Positions 41,445 through 51,694 of a stretch of 64,000 nt of DNA are shown here, in pieces. Every line of letters begins with the position of its first letter. Position 1 is the stretch's first letter. The stretch lies in contig JAZGAD010000012.1 of assembly GCA_036444275.1 (NCBI GenBank), positions 1-64,000 on the forward strand, read 5' to 3'. The notes under the pieces were generated by a model. The model did not search any database and was not told the DNA's origin. It worked only from the letters and a program-made list of their open reading frames with translations. The position numbers and the translations under genes are program-made. The stretch is from Candidatus Hydrothermarchaeales archaeon (GTDB taxonomy: Archaea; Hydrothermarchaeota; Hydrothermarchaeia; Hydrothermarchaeales; JAZGAD01).

Positions 41445-43040
41445 ATGCCAAAATTTGATCTAGAAGAATTTGCCCGAACTGCTGACAGAGTCAGAGAAAA
41501 GGCGAAAGAAGAGAACAGATTGATCGAAAATCCTTCTGATAAGGAACTAAAAACTCTTTGTGAAAAAGAAGTTGGAGTTAAGAAAACAATGTATGCCAAC
41601 TTAGCTGCTGACAGTGAACCCACTTCTAGAGCAGCAATGTGTACTAAAAATAGCATTGACCATCCTTTCGGCGGAGAAGAGCTAAACCTGTTAGCCCAGT
41701 GTGAAGAAGTTTTAGCCAAAGAAAGACTGATTTCCATTGATAGGATTGTCGGTGAAGAAGATGGCACTACGGTGAGATTAATTGTTCCTGAAAGATTTGC
41801 CCACGTCGCCTACGGTGGAAAGAATCTTTTTCGCGCACCAAAAAAAGAAGTTAATAAGCCAACTTACCAAATTTTATTTTTCGCTGACGAAGCTTTCGAG
41901 GCTAATAAATTAAAACCACTTCCCCAAAAGGATATCACCATAAGATTAGGCATGCTAGATGATGGAAGGGTTATTAAGATAGTTAGGAACAGCAACTACA
42001 TCGGTGAATATAAAAAAGGGGTTTTCGCAGCAGAGGACTGGGCAGCTAAGACTAGGAAGGGCGGAATTTTCCTCCATGCTGGTTGCAGAGAAGATTATCT
42101 TCAATCTGTACATGGGGACTATCGAGCAGTGAGGTCTTTGCTTCTTGCTTTAAGTGCCAATGGAAAAACAACCTTAACTTGTAAGATCTTAGCTAGGAAA
42201 AGTAATGAGAAGTCTTGGCTCGTTCAAGACGATGGTGGAACCCTTATGCCAGATGGTTCTTTTCATGGTTTTGAGGCAGGAGGATTATTTGTCAAAACAG
42301 AGGGCGTCAACCCGGCGGAACAACTTGAAATCTACTATAGTTTATTAAAACCTCACACTCTCTGTGAAAATGTCTATGTAGCCAAGAATGGCGACTTCGA
42401 TTTCTACAATTTTGAAAGGACATCAAATGGAAGGGCTGTGGTGTTAAGAAAAGATTTCATGCATGCGAGCCAGAAAATCAGTGTGCCAAAGATCGATAAT
42501 TTGATTCTAATTACAAGAAGTCCCGTAATTCCAGCAATATCGAAATTGACCCTTGAACAAGCAGTTGCCTCAATGGTTGTGGGAATGGCAATGGAATCCT
42601 CGGCAGGTGATCCAACTCAGGCGGGAAAGATCAAAAGCGAGTTTTTCTACGATCCATTTGCAACCGGCGATAGAGCCGATCACGCCAATAGATTCTATGA
42701 AATATTGAGGAGTCTTCCACATATTAATTACTACTTAATAAACACAGGTGGAGTAGGAGAAGGAATAAGATACAAGGATATAAGGGTAAGTGATACCTGG
42801 GGCATATTCGATTCCTTAGTTAGGGGCGGACTTGAAGAGTGGGTAGATTCGCCTACTGGCTTTAAGGTCCCAGCGGCAATAAGGTACGTAGATGAGGTTT
42901 TCTTGCACCCTGAGAAACTCTATTCCCACTCGGAATTCGAAGAACAACAGGAAAAACTAAATAAAGTTAGACTGGAGGCTATAGAGAAACTAGACAGCGC
43001 TCTTCACCCCAATATAAGAAAAGTTTTTAGCAAGAAATAG
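41445..43040 (+). CDS. pckA: Phosphoenolpyruvate carboxykinase (ATP), divergent
   Basis: NYIGEYKKG, LHAG, LSANGKTT, VQDDGG, FEAGGLFVKT, ENV, TSNGRA, INTG. Confidence 0.82.
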   Translation: MPKFDLEEFARTADRVREKAKEENRLIENPSDKELKTLCEKEVGVKKTMYANLAADSEPTSRAAMCTKNSIDHPFGGEELNLLAQCEEVLAKERLISIDRIVGEEDGTTVRLIVPERFAHVAYGGKNLFRAPKKEVNKPTYQILFFADEAFEANKLKPLPQKDITIRLGMLDDGRVIKIVRNSNYIGEYKKGVFAAEDWAAKTRKGGIFLHAGCREDYLQSVHGDYRAVRSLLLALSANGKTTLTCKILARKSNEKSWLVQDDGGTLMPDGSFHGFEAGGLFVKTEGVNPAEQLEIYYSLLKPHTLCENVYVAKNGDFDFYNFERTSNGRAVVLRKDFMHASQKISVPKIDNLILITRSPVIPAISKLTLEQAVASMVVGMAMESSAGDPTQAGKIKSEFFYDPFATGDRADHANRFYEILRSLPHINYYLINTGGVGEGIRYKDIRVSDTWGIFDSLVRGGLEEWVDSPTGFKVPAAIRYVDEVFLHPEKLYSHSEFEEQQEKLNKVRLEAIEKLDSALHPNIRKVFSKK

Positions 43041-43128
43041 CAAGGGGATGTTGAAATAAATAGCATCTGTATCAAAGCATCGCAACTTTGGGACAAAATA
43101 TTTAGGGAAAGAAAAATTATTTAATTTT

Positions 43129-43953
43129 ATGAGGCTTCCAGCCGTCGCCGGCCAGTTTTATGCTTCGGATTCTAAGAGCCTAGAGGAGCAGATTGAGCAG
43201 TGTTTCCTCCATGAGTTAGGCCCTGGAAAGCTCCCGGAGCGAGGAGGATTAGAAGGCGGGATAGCTGGCGCCGTAGTGCCTCACGCTGGCTACATGTACT
43301 CTGGTCCAGTGGCTGCCCACACGTACTTTGAACTAGCCAAATATGAGAAACCTGAAACCATCGTCGTCATTGGGCCAAATCACACTGGTAGGGGAAGCGG
43401 GGTAGCTGTTTCCAAAGAAGTCTGGAAGACACCTCTGGGCGAGGTACGGGTAGATGAAGATGCTGCCGATATCCTATGGAAGGGCTGTGACGTAATAGAT
43501 CTGGATGAGACCGCTCATGAGTACGAGCACTCTATAGAGGTGCAGCTCCCCTTTCTCCAGTACATATACGGCGAATTCCAATTCGTACCACTATGCATAG
43601 CACTCCAGGACTTGGAGACCGGTAGGGAGATAGCAGAGGCGCTGTCAAAGATAGAGTTAGATAAAGCATTGATTTTGGCTAGCAGTGACTTCACACACTA
43701 TGAATCAAGTGAAACCGCCAAAGCTAAGGATGATGCAGCTATAAAGCACATTCTAGCGCTGGACGAAAAAGGCTTTACTCAAACTGTCTACGAGAGGAAT
43801 ATAACCATATGTGGCTATGGGCCAATAGCGACGTGCATTGCAGCCGTTAAGAATAGAGCAGGTGAGGGAGTGCTCCTGAAGTATGCCACCAGCGGAGATA
43901 TAACAAAGGATTATTCCCAAGTTGTAGCGTATGCTGCGATAGCCTTTAGATAG
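43129..43953 (+). CDS. MEMO1 / AmmeMemoRadiSam protein B
   Basis: PAVAGQFY, VPHAGYMYSG, GPNH, EHSIEVQLPFLQ, SSDFTHY, CGYGPI. Confidence 0.93.
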   Translation: MRLPAVAGQFYASDSKSLEEQIEQCFLHELGPGKLPERGGLEGGIAGAVVPHAGYMYSGPVAAHTYFELAKYEKPETIVVIGPNHTGRGSGVAVSKEVWKTPLGEVRVDEDAADILWKGCDVIDLDETAHEYEHSIEVQLPFLQYIYGEFQFVPLCIALQDLETGREIAEALSKIELDKALILASSDFTHYESSETAKAKDDAAIKHILALDEKGFTQTVYERNITICGYGPIATCIAAVKNRAGEGVLLKYATSGDITKDYSQVVAYAAIAFR

Positions 43954-43963
43954 GGTATGTATC

Positions 43964-44899
43964 ATGGTCTCTGCTTCTGCACCTGGAAAAGTGATTCTCT
44001 TTGGCGAGCACGCAGTAGTCTATGGAGAACCATCGCTCGTGGCAGGCATCGACAAGAGGGTCTACGTAGATGCTGAGAAGAAAGGTGATAGAATAAGCAT
44101 TGCCTCTGACGTGGGTTCGAGTTCTTTTTCTCTGGACGAGATAGGCTTGCCAGCCCAAGATGAACTCAGGTATGTCAAGAAGGCTGTAGAGCTTGTCTTC
44201 AAGCGTGTAGATAAGAGGACAGGGCTTGAAATAAATATCACATCTGAGGTCCCTTCAGCGTCAGGCTTGGGTTCTTCGGCTTCAGTATCAGTGGCTACCA
44301 TACTAGCGGTTTCAAAGCTCTTCGATGCTGATCTAACTTTAAAAGAGATTGCTGAATTGGGCCACAGGGTAGAGTTAGAGGTGCAGGGCGCAGCTTCACC
44401 CACGGATAGCTCTGTAGCTACATTTGGGGGGGTGCTATTCATACAGCCCACGGAGAAGAAGGTTGACAGCATCGAGGCGGACCTGTCCTTGATCATCGGC
44501 TATACTGGTGTGGAGAGGTCCACCAAGGTGCTGGTCGAGAGGGTGAAATCTCTCAGGGATAGATATCCAGGAATCGTGGACCCTATAATTCAGGATATAG
44601 GAAGGCTCACCAGAGAAGCTAGGACGAGGCTTGAGAGAGGCGATGACGTCGGGGACCTAATGAATGTCAATCACGGCTTACTTGAGGCCCTTGGGGTGAG
44701 CACTGAGCAGTTATCGAGGGCGGTTCACGCAGCTAGAGATGCAGGAGCTAGGGGAGCGAAGCTCACTGGAGCTGGAGGAGGGGGATGCATGATCGCCTTA
44801 GCTCCAAATCACCAGGTAGAAGTCACAAGGGCAATCGAAGCAAGCGGATGCTCAGCTATAAGAGCGTCTCTCTCCAGGGCGGGGGTGAGGATAGAGTAG
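43964..44899 (+). CDS. mvk: Mevalonate kinase
   Basis: APGKVILFGEHAVVYG, GLGSSAS, KLTGAGGGGC. Confidence 0.95.
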   Translation: MVSASAPGKVILFGEHAVVYGEPSLVAGIDKRVYVDAEKKGDRISIASDVGSSSFSLDEIGLPAQDELRYVKKAVELVFKRVDKRTGLEINITSEVPSASGLGSSASVSVATILAVSKLFDADLTLKEIAELGHRVELEVQGAASPTDSSVATFGGVLFIQPTEKKVDSIEADLSLIIGYTGVERSTKVLVERVKSLRDRYPGIVDPIIQDIGRLTREARTRLERGDDVGDLMNVNHGLLEALGVSTEQLSRAVHAARDAGARGAKLTGAGGGGCMIALAPNHQVEVTRAIEASGCSAIRASLSRAGVRIE

Positions 44900-44965
44900 A
44901 GAAAAGAAAAAAGGAAAAGTAAAAGTAAGAAAATTATTTAAGCCTTTTAATCAAGGAATTAAGGA

Positions 44966-45039
<74 letters not shown>

Positions 45040-45175
45040 CTCCTGGTTTTACTGTATAAGCCCTACCCTTTAATAGCTAACTTGGAGGTGAAAAGGGCAT
45101 GGGCAAAGAAGACCTCAATGCTTTTCCATCTTAAAAAGCCTGCACGATATAATCAGGACTGAAAAACAGTTGAAC

Positions 45176-45316
45176 TTAGGCTTTGTGGCGTCGCGTTACC
45201 TTCGCCGTACTAGCCTCGTTCTTAGTAACGATTTCTATCCTGGGCTTTTCTATGACTAATCCCTCTCCCGGCTTTAGGTCCAGGACATCTTCCATAGTTA
45301 CCTTCTTCTTCAACAT
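45176..45316 (-). CDS. Small hypothetical protein (46 aa), possible antitoxin partner
   Basis: MLKKKVTMEDVLDLKPGEGLVIEKPRIEIVTKNEASTAKVTRRHKA*, 8 nt after the toxin-like stop. Confidence 0.4.
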   Translation of the reverse strand: MLKKKVTMEDVLDLKPGEGLVIEKPRIEIVTKNEASTAKVTRRHKA

Positions 45317-45324
45317 CTCTATCT

Positions 45325-45603
45325 TTACTTCCTGACTCTCCTTTTATATAATTTCTTATCACTATCCGAAGCGATATAGGCGGTTACTACGTCCCAATGC
45401 TTCCTCTTTACCATATACGCAACGATAACCTTGATAATCATTCCATAATACTCACACAAAACAAGGTATTTGTTCCCATAGCTCCTTTGGATGTAAAACC
45501 GGCCTCTTAGGGCAGTGGCAACCTGGTTTTTTGTTAGCCCATGTGATTCTATCTTTCTTATCGCCTTCCCATCGAATACAAATCTAAACTTCATAGGCAT
45601 CAA
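45325..45603 (-). CDS. BrnT/DUF4258-like (RelE-fold) toxin
   Basis: F.FD.KAIRKI..HGLT..QV, YLVL, VVTAY.AS....KLYKRR. Confidence 0.65.
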   Translation of the reverse strand: MMPMKFRFVFDGKAIRKIESHGLTKNQVATALRGRFYIQRSYGNKYLVLCEYYGMIIKVIVAYMVKRKHWDVVTAYIASDSDKKLYKRRVRK

Positions 45604-45782
45604 ACACCAAGATCTCTATTCCTCACCTCTGGAACTTTCCAGGTCTTTCAAGATCAAGCCCTCAAGGTATCGCTGGTATGGTGTAGGTATCTTCTCATAA
45701 AGTTCTTTTGTTACCCTGCAGCTCACAACCCTAGGTTTTGCCCACCCACGGCATAAATTTGCTCAATTTTTGCTGTATTTTC

Positions 45783-45917
45783 TTATCTAAAGCTTCCAAC
45801 TGCGGGTTCTCCCTTTCGTGTATGATACTCGCACTCGTTGCATACCCACTCACAGAGTATAAACTCTAGGCTCTTGTTTCTACAATTCGGGCACTTTTTT
45901 GCTGTGATCAAATTCAT
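45783..45917 (-). CDS. Small zinc-ribbon protein (44 aa), not in ORF track
   Basis: MNLITAKKCPNCRNKSLEFILCEWVCNECEYHTRKGEPAVGSFR*; two CxxC; TTATAT box upstream. Confidence 0.5.
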   Translation of the reverse strand: MNLITAKKCPNCRNKSLEFILCEWVCNECEYHTRKGEPAVGSFR

Positions 45918-46015
45918 AGTCCCTTTGAAGGGGAATATAACTTCTATACCCTAACGGAATAGATCAAGTCGAATTTCCTCAGTAGCTCCAGACGTTCTTC
46001 ATTTTCCACGAGAAA

Positions 46016-46231
46016 TCAGTCCTGGATTCCTTCATCATTGGAAATTCGCTTTAGTATCACCATATGTTTCCTGGCATCTACCTCGACCAAGCGAGCATTC
46101 TCTATCTTCTGGTGCTCGCCTATGAGCCCTACGACTACTACTCCACTGCCTTCTTCCTTTACAATGACAGCCTCATCTGCTATCTTCTCCCGCTTCCCAT
46201 TCACGTCGAGGTAGACCTTGGATTCGCACAT
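46016..46231 (-). CDS. CooT-family nickel-binding protein
   Basis: MCESKVY N-terminus, GLIGE, H near the C-terminus. Confidence 0.8.
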   Translation of the reverse strand: MCESKVYLDVNGKREKIADEAVIVKEEGSGVVVVGLIGEHQKIENARLVEVDARKHMVILKRISNDEGIQD

Positions 46232-46301
46232 ATCACTCTATTCATTCCCGTCCCCGGATAAAAAACTTCCTTGCACTACAAGAGAATATTTAATGTTTAA
46301 T

Positions 46302-47090
46302 TTAAAATAGTGCCAACCCAAACAATACTGCGATAGCACCGAAGAAGAGGCAGAAGGAATCAAACCTTAGTTTTCTTGATACGTCAAGGAGGAACCTAAT
46401 GCCTACCAGGCTTGCAGCTAGAGAAAAGATGACTCCGGCAATAAGGTTAGAGGGTGCCACCCCACTTAGCTCACCTCCAAATAATCCCAAGAAATTCGCA
46501 CCCAAGATGGCCGGGATTGCCATTAAAAAGGAGATCTTTAAAGCTTCTCTTTGATCAAATCTCCTGAAGAGAAGGAGTGCGATAGTGGCACCGGATCTAG
46601 AAATGCCTGGCACTACCGCGATGCCCTGCGCAAAACCCACGAGGAGCATATCAGACAGGTTGCTTTCCGCCACGCTTTTGCTACCGGTTTCATCCGATGA
46701 CCTCAAGAACAGGCCAGTAACGATGAGTCCAACGCCGATTAGTATGTTCACCTGGTTGCCCATGGATTCAAGCAGCGAGCGTAGCTTGAGATAGATAGGT
46801 ATGCCAACCACTGCAGTGGCAAGGGTGGAGATCACTAAAAACTCTAGATAGCTGCCTTTCCATCTCTTTGCCCTTATAGATGTGTATATCTCCTTGATGT
46901 CGTTCCTGAAATAGATTACAACCGCAAGTAGACTGCCTAGATGGAGAAAAAAGGAGAGGCTAAGTGCCTTGAGCTGGTCTATGCCCATTAGGTTGAACAT
47001 TACCAGCATACCCTGACCGGAGCTGCTTATGGGCAGCCACTCTATAACTCCCTGGAGGGCTCCAAGCAAAAGAGCTTGTAAAAGATTCAT
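46302..47090 (-). CDS. uppP: Undecaprenyl-diphosphate phosphatase (BacA/UppP)
   Basis: QGVIEWLPISSSG, HLGS, PGISRSGAT, SFLMAIP. Confidence 0.92.
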   Translation of the reverse strand: MNLLQALLLGALQGVIEWLPISSSGQGMLVMFNLMGIDQLKALSLSFFLHLGSLLAVVIYFRNDIKEIYTSIRAKRWKGSYLEFLVISTLATAVVGIPIYLKLRSLLESMGNQVNILIGVGLIVTGLFLRSSDETGSKSVAESNLSDMLLVGFAQGIAVVPGISRSGATIALLLFRRFDQREALKISFLMAIPAILGANFLGLFGGELSGVAPSNLIAGVIFSLAASLVGIRFLLDVSRKLRFDSFCLFFGAIAVLFGLALF

Positions 47091-47181
47091 TTATCTATCT
47101 ACCAGCCAATATTCAGGGTCCATCTAACTTTTATATATTTGTAAATATATGCGTAAAGTAGCGTTTAGAGAGGTTTCATTG

Positions 47182-48369
47182 ATGTACGACGTAGTTATAG
47201 TAGGCGGAGGCCCCTGCGGCTTGATTGCCGGGAAGGAGCTAGCAAGAAGGGGATACGAGGTCTGCATCGTGGAGGAGCACCAAGAGATCGGATACCCTGT
47301 ACAGTGCTCTGGCCTATACAGCATTTCAGGCTTGAAGGCCCTCGGTCTAGAGCTCGACAGCAGTATAATCGCGAATACTATAAAGGGTGGCAGATTCTAT
47401 TCTCCATCTGGGGAGGAGATACTCGCCTACTCTGACAATGAAAGGGCCAGGGTGGTGGAGAAGAAGCTCTTCGACAAATTCCTGGGTAGAGAAACAGCGA
47501 GGGCCGGTGCTGAGATTAAGCTCAAAACAAAGGTGCTGGGTATAGAAAGGAATAACGGGATTTCGGTTAAGGTAGAGGGAATCGAGGGCATAGAGGTATT
47601 GAAGTCGCAGCTCATTATAGGCGCAGATGGAATAAGGAGCAACATAGCGAGGTGGTGCGGTCTGCCAACGCCTAAGAAGATCGTGGCTGCATGCCAGGTA
47701 GAGGTGGAAGACGTAGATTTAGAGCAAGATATAGCTGAGATGTATTTCGGCCGGGAATACGCCCCTGATTTCTATGCCTGGATCCTGCCTAAGGGCGAGG
47801 TCTGCGAGATAGGTCTCGGTGTACGACGTGGGAATATGCCCCCAAGGAAATACCTGGAGAAGTTCATGAAGGAGCATCCCATAGCATCTAAGAAGATAAG
47901 GAGCAAGAGTATTCTAGAGGTAAACATGGGTGGGTTCTCGCTAGAGGTCGCTAAGGATACAGCAGCCGATAGAGTCATGATAGTCGGCGACGCCGCTGGA
48001 CACACCAAGGCAAGCACAGGTGGAGGCGTAATCACAGGTGGGATAGCAGCCATTATCGCAGCTGAGGCTGGAGCAAAAGCCCTAGAAGCTGGAGATTTCT
48101 CAGAGGAATTCTTGAGGCGTGAGTATGATGATAGATGGAAAGAAGAGCTGGGCCTGCAGTTCAAGGTACATGAGGCCCTACGCAGGATGTTTGATTCTTT
48201 AACAGACGAGCAGCTGGACGCCCTCTTCGGCCTTGCTATCGAGGCAGAAGTACAGGAACTCATGGTGAAGTACCCGGACACTGACCGCCCCTCTGAATTC
48301 GTCAAAGACCTAATGCAAGACGAGTGCATGGTTGGAGTGATGCAGAAATTCCTGGATTTCCCCTTATGA
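47182..48369 (+). CDS. Geranylgeranyl reductase family (DGGGPL reductase-like)
   Basis: YDVVIVGGGPCG, PVQCSG, GADG, FYAWILPKG, GDAAG.TK..TGGG. Confidence 0.88.
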   Translation: MYDVVIVGGGPCGLIAGKELARRGYEVCIVEEHQEIGYPVQCSGLYSISGLKALGLELDSSIIANTIKGGRFYSPSGEEILAYSDNERARVVEKKLFDKFLGRETARAGAEIKLKTKVLGIERNNGISVKVEGIEGIEVLKSQLIIGADGIRSNIARWCGLPTPKKIVAACQVEVEDVDLEQDIAEMYFGREYAPDFYAWILPKGEVCEIGLGVRRGNMPPRKYLEKFMKEHPIASKKIRSKSILEVNMGGFSLEVAKDTAADRVMIVGDAAGHTKASTGGGVITGGIAAIIAAEAGAKALEAGDFSEEFLRREYDDRWKEELGLQFKVHEALRRMFDSLTDEQLDALFGLAIEAEVQELMVKYPDTDRPSEFVKDLMQDECMVGVMQKFLDFPL

Positions 48370-49644
48370 GATGAGCTCGATCATCTGGCCTTTCTTAAGC
48401 TTCATATCGCTATGGGGGAACCTTTCTTCAGATTTGTCTATAACCCTCAAAACCATGAAATCCAGCTCCCTAATCCTCTTCCCATCCAACTCTGAATCTA
48501 TCTCTACAAACCGCTTTTTCCAGAAGCCCTTAGTGAAATCCGGCGAGGGTATCCTTAGTTCATCCTTATCATGTTTTTCCACCAGGATGTCTACTATCCT
48601 TTTCCCAGCTTTTCCGTCTCCGAAGGGGTTCCTAGTTTGCTTCATCTTATCGTAGAGTTTTCTATCGCCTAGAATAAGCTGCAGCTTCTCCAGGATATCC
48701 TCCTTTTTGACTCCAGCCAAAATATTGCCACCTGCATCTACGCTCTCAGGACGCTCGGTGGTTGTACGGAGTGTCAAGCAGGGCACCTTCAATGTTACAG
48801 CTTCTTCCTGGATACCACCTGAATCGGTAAGCACCAAGTCGGCACTGCTCATTGCATTGAGGAAGTCCAGATAGCCCATTGGTTCTACGATGGAGATGTT
48901 TCCCTTTTTCAGCTTCTCTATAAGCTTGAATTTTTCCAACATCTTTTTGGTCCTGGGATGAACCGGAAAAATAATCTTTTGTTTTATCTCTATTAGAGCA
49001 TCTACTATCCCAGATAGAACTTCGTATTTGTCTACATTCTCAGCTCTATGGAGGGTGAGGAGAAGATATCCCTCTGGGAGTTTGGAGGGCATCTTATTGG
49101 CGAGCTTCAGATTTTGCAGTGTTGCATCCACGATGGTATTTCCGACAATGAATATCTTGTCTGGGAATATTCCCTCATTTATCAGATTTAAACCAGCGCC
49201 GTCTGTTGGGGCGAAGAGCAGCTCGGAGCAGTGATCAGCTAGAATTCTGTTCACTTCTTCTGGCATGCGCTTGTCAAAGCTTCTTAAGCCAGCCTCTACA
49301 TGGGCGAATGGTATATGCAGCTTGACGGCTGCCAAGGCACTGCTCAGGACTGAATTCGTGTCACCCTCGGCAACGACGACATCTGGCTTCTCTTCAGCCA
49401 TGAGTTTCTCAAGCTCCATCATTGCTAGTGAGGTCTGATATGCTTGGCTCCCAGATCCTACTTCCACGTCGTAGTCCGGCTCTCTGAGCTCTAAGTCACT
49501 GATGAATCTGTCGAAAAGAGGCTCGTCGTAGTGCTGCCCAGTAGTAACGAATATGTATCCTATCCCTCTTGCTTCAAGCTCCCTCATCACCGGGGAGAGC
49601 TTTATCAATTCAGGGCGGGTGCTTGCGACTATGAAGGGTTTCAT
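48364..49644 (-). CDS. wecB: UDP-N-acetylglucosamine 2-epimerase (non-hydrolysing) with short C-terminal extension
   Basis: TRPELIK, TGQHYD, HVEAGLRS, TLHRAEN, TDSGGIQEEA, TERPE, PFGDG. Confidence 0.95.
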   Translation of the reverse strand: MKPFIVASTRPELIKLSPVMRELEARGIGYIFVTTGQHYDEPLFDRFISDLELREPDYDVEVGSGSQAYQTSLAMMELEKLMAEEKPDVVVAEGDTNSVLSSALAAVKLHIPFAHVEAGLRSFDKRMPEEVNRILADHCSELLFAPTDGAGLNLINEGIFPDKIFIVGNTIVDATLQNLKLANKMPSKLPEGYLLLTLHRAENVDKYEVLSGIVDALIEIKQKIIFPVHPRTKKMLEKFKLIEKLKKGNISIVEPMGYLDFLNAMSSADLVLTDSGGIQEEAVTLKVPCLTLRTTTERPESVDAGGNILAGVKKEDILEKLQLILGDRKLYDKMKQTRNPFGDGKAGKRIVDILVEKHDKDELRIPSPDFTKGFWKKRFVEIDSELDGKRIRELDFMVLRVIDKSEERFPHSDMKLKKGQMIELIS

Positions 49645-49700
49645 CCCAGAGAAATAAAGCGCAAATATGGATATATAGGTTGCCCCAGGAGGTTCATTCC

Positions 49701-50714
49701 TTATTTTATGAATTCCTTCTCAAATAGCTCCAGATGATCTTTCTCCCCTATTATTATCAATACATCGCCAGATTCTATTAGGGCATCAGCCCTTGGGTGT
49801 ATCTTGAGTTTCTCGCCTTTTTTAATTCCCATCACCGTGACGCCGGCCTTTGACCTTATCTTAGACTCTCCAATGGTCTTTCCAGCCAACTTGTCGCCCC
49901 CTGTAACGGTTACCTCTTCAACTCCTATTTCAATGCCTATATCCTCGATGAGCATGTCCATGAAGTCGGCTACTTCTGGGTGAATTACAGCCCTCGCCAT
50001 CTTGGTCCCACCCGAGATCTCAGGCGATATTACCTTGCTAACACCGATCCTCTGCAGCTTCTTCCTGGTCTCAGGCATTTTTGCCCTAGCTATGATATTT
50101 ATGTCCTCGTTTAGATCTTTGGCAGTCATCGCTACCAGGAGGTTTTGGGCATCATCGTTCAAAGCCGTTAGGAACCCTAGGGCGTTTTCTACGTTCGCTT
50201 GCATAAGGACACTTTCTATGGCGGCATCTCCCACGACCACTGGAATGCCCATCTTGATGACCTCCTCGGCAACAGTTTGATCCTTATCCACGACCACGAT
50301 GTCCTTTACGCCGCCGCTTTTCAACACCTCAACCGCTCTTCTGCCAACTGCGCCGAACCCGCATACCACGATGTGAGCCTTCATGTCTTTTATCTTCTTT
50401 TCCATCCTTACCATCCCGAGTATATCGCTTATCTCCTCTTCCACAAGCAAACCGATTATGTTCCAGGAAGCGTATAATACTATCCCAACCCCGAAGATCA
50501 TGAGAAATGAAGTAAAAAGTCTTCCCTCCTCGGTAATCGGCACAAGGTCTCCATAGCCTACTGTTGTAAGGGTGGTAATGGTTAGGTAAAATGCTTCAGC
50601 TAGATCCATTTCCTCTATAAAGACAAAGCCACTTACTCCTATGGCGATTACGAAAAAAAGTAGGAAGAGGACCTTTATGATCCTCCGGTAGATCGGTATT
50701 TCAAAGTAAGTCAT
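49701..50714 (-). CDS. Potassium channel with TrkA-N/TrkA-C (RCK) domains
   Basis: TLTTVGYGD selectivity filter, VCGFGAVG. Confidence 0.95.
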   Translation of the reverse strand: MTYFEIPIYRRIIKVLFLLFFVIAIGVSGFVFIEEMDLAEAFYLTITTLTTVGYGDLVPITEEGRLFTSFLMIFGVGIVLYASWNIIGLLVEEEISDILGMVRMEKKIKDMKAHIVVCGFGAVGRRAVEVLKSGGVKDIVVVDKDQTVAEEVIKMGIPVVVGDAAIESVLMQANVENALGFLTALNDDAQNLLVAMTAKDLNEDINIIARAKMPETRKKLQRIGVSKVISPEISGGTKMARAVIHPEVADFMDMLIEDIGIEIGVEEVTVTGGDKLAGKTIGESKIRSKAGVTVMGIKKGEKLKIHPRADALIESGDVLIIIGEKDHLELFEKEFIK

Positions 50715-50734
50715 GCTTATCCATCACCTTGCTC

Positions 50735-51694
50735 TTATTTTACCTTTTCAATTTCCTCGATGAAATCCGGGAACAGGAGCTTCAGGGGGCCGCTGTCTTT
50801 GGGAAGCTCGCCAGTTTCGCCGTAGATCAAGGAGGACAGCATTACGTCAGCCGTGGCTGCAGCTGGAAACATCCATGGTGCGCTCTCGATTGGCCCGTAA
50901 AGGAGGAAGTCATTCCATAGTACTCCTAATGCATGAGCAGCGCTATCTACGCCAGCGAAGCCCAGCTTGCCCCACTTCTCTTTCGGTACCTTCCACATAT
51001 CAGTGCCGTTAGCTGGAGCGCAGCCTGCAGGCAAGCCGAACTTCTCTTTCACTCTACGATTAGCTAGAAAAGAAAAGGCACTTGAGGGTATGCTCAGCAC
51101 CGAGGTGTCAACGAGGATATTCTCTACGCCAGCTTCTTTGGCTCTCGGCAGAAGCCTCTCCAGCACTTTCAGCCTACCTTCAGTGGTTTTATCGTCAGGG
51201 TTAAAGCATACCAAGATTGCATTCCTTATTCCAAGCTTTTTCAGCTCCTTAATCTCTTTCTCCAAGTCCTCACTCCACGGTGCTATGCTACTGTAGATTG
51301 CCCTATCCTGTAGCTTCTGCTCTGCAATATACCTCGCTGCTGCCAGCTTGGGCTTTAACTTCCAAATGTCGATGGAAAAGGGCATGTCAGTAATGCTGGT
51401 TACAAAGTCTATATAGGTGCAGATCTCCTCTGGAAAGTTAGCCACTATGTCAAGCATCCCGGGAATACCGGTCTCGTCAGACAACACTTCTTGCCTGTTG
51501 ATGAGCTCTTCAGTGCGTTTCTTATCAAATTCACAGCGTTTCCTGCTCTTTACTACTTTGTGGCCGGCATAGAATATGGTCCCGAACAGCGCAGTGGGAT
51601 GCTCCCCTGGTTGCCCCCCTATCTCTATCCCGCCTATATCGCATACCTTCTGCTTCATTTCGAACTTCAGCTTAAGCATAAATAACCTCACCAT
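50735..51694 (-). CDS. mtrH: MtrH-family methylcorrinoid:tetrahydromethanopterin methyltransferase
   Basis: IGGQPGEHPTAL.GTIFY..H, GLPAGCAPAN, DFLLYGPIE. Confidence 0.9.
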   Translation of the reverse strand: MVRLFMLKLKFEMKQKVCDIGGIEIGGQPGEHPTALFGTIFYAGHKVVKSRKRCEFDKKRTEELINRQEVLSDETGIPGMLDIVANFPEEICTYIDFVTSITDMPFSIDIWKLKPKLAAARYIAEQKLQDRAIYSSIAPWSEDLEKEIKELKKLGIRNAILVCFNPDDKTTEGRLKVLERLLPRAKEAGVENILVDTSVLSIPSSAFSFLANRRVKEKFGLPAGCAPANGTDMWKVPKEKWGKLGFAGVDSAAHALGVLWNDFLLYGPIESAPWMFPAAATADVMLSSLIYGETGELPKDSGPLKLLFPDFIEEIEKVK

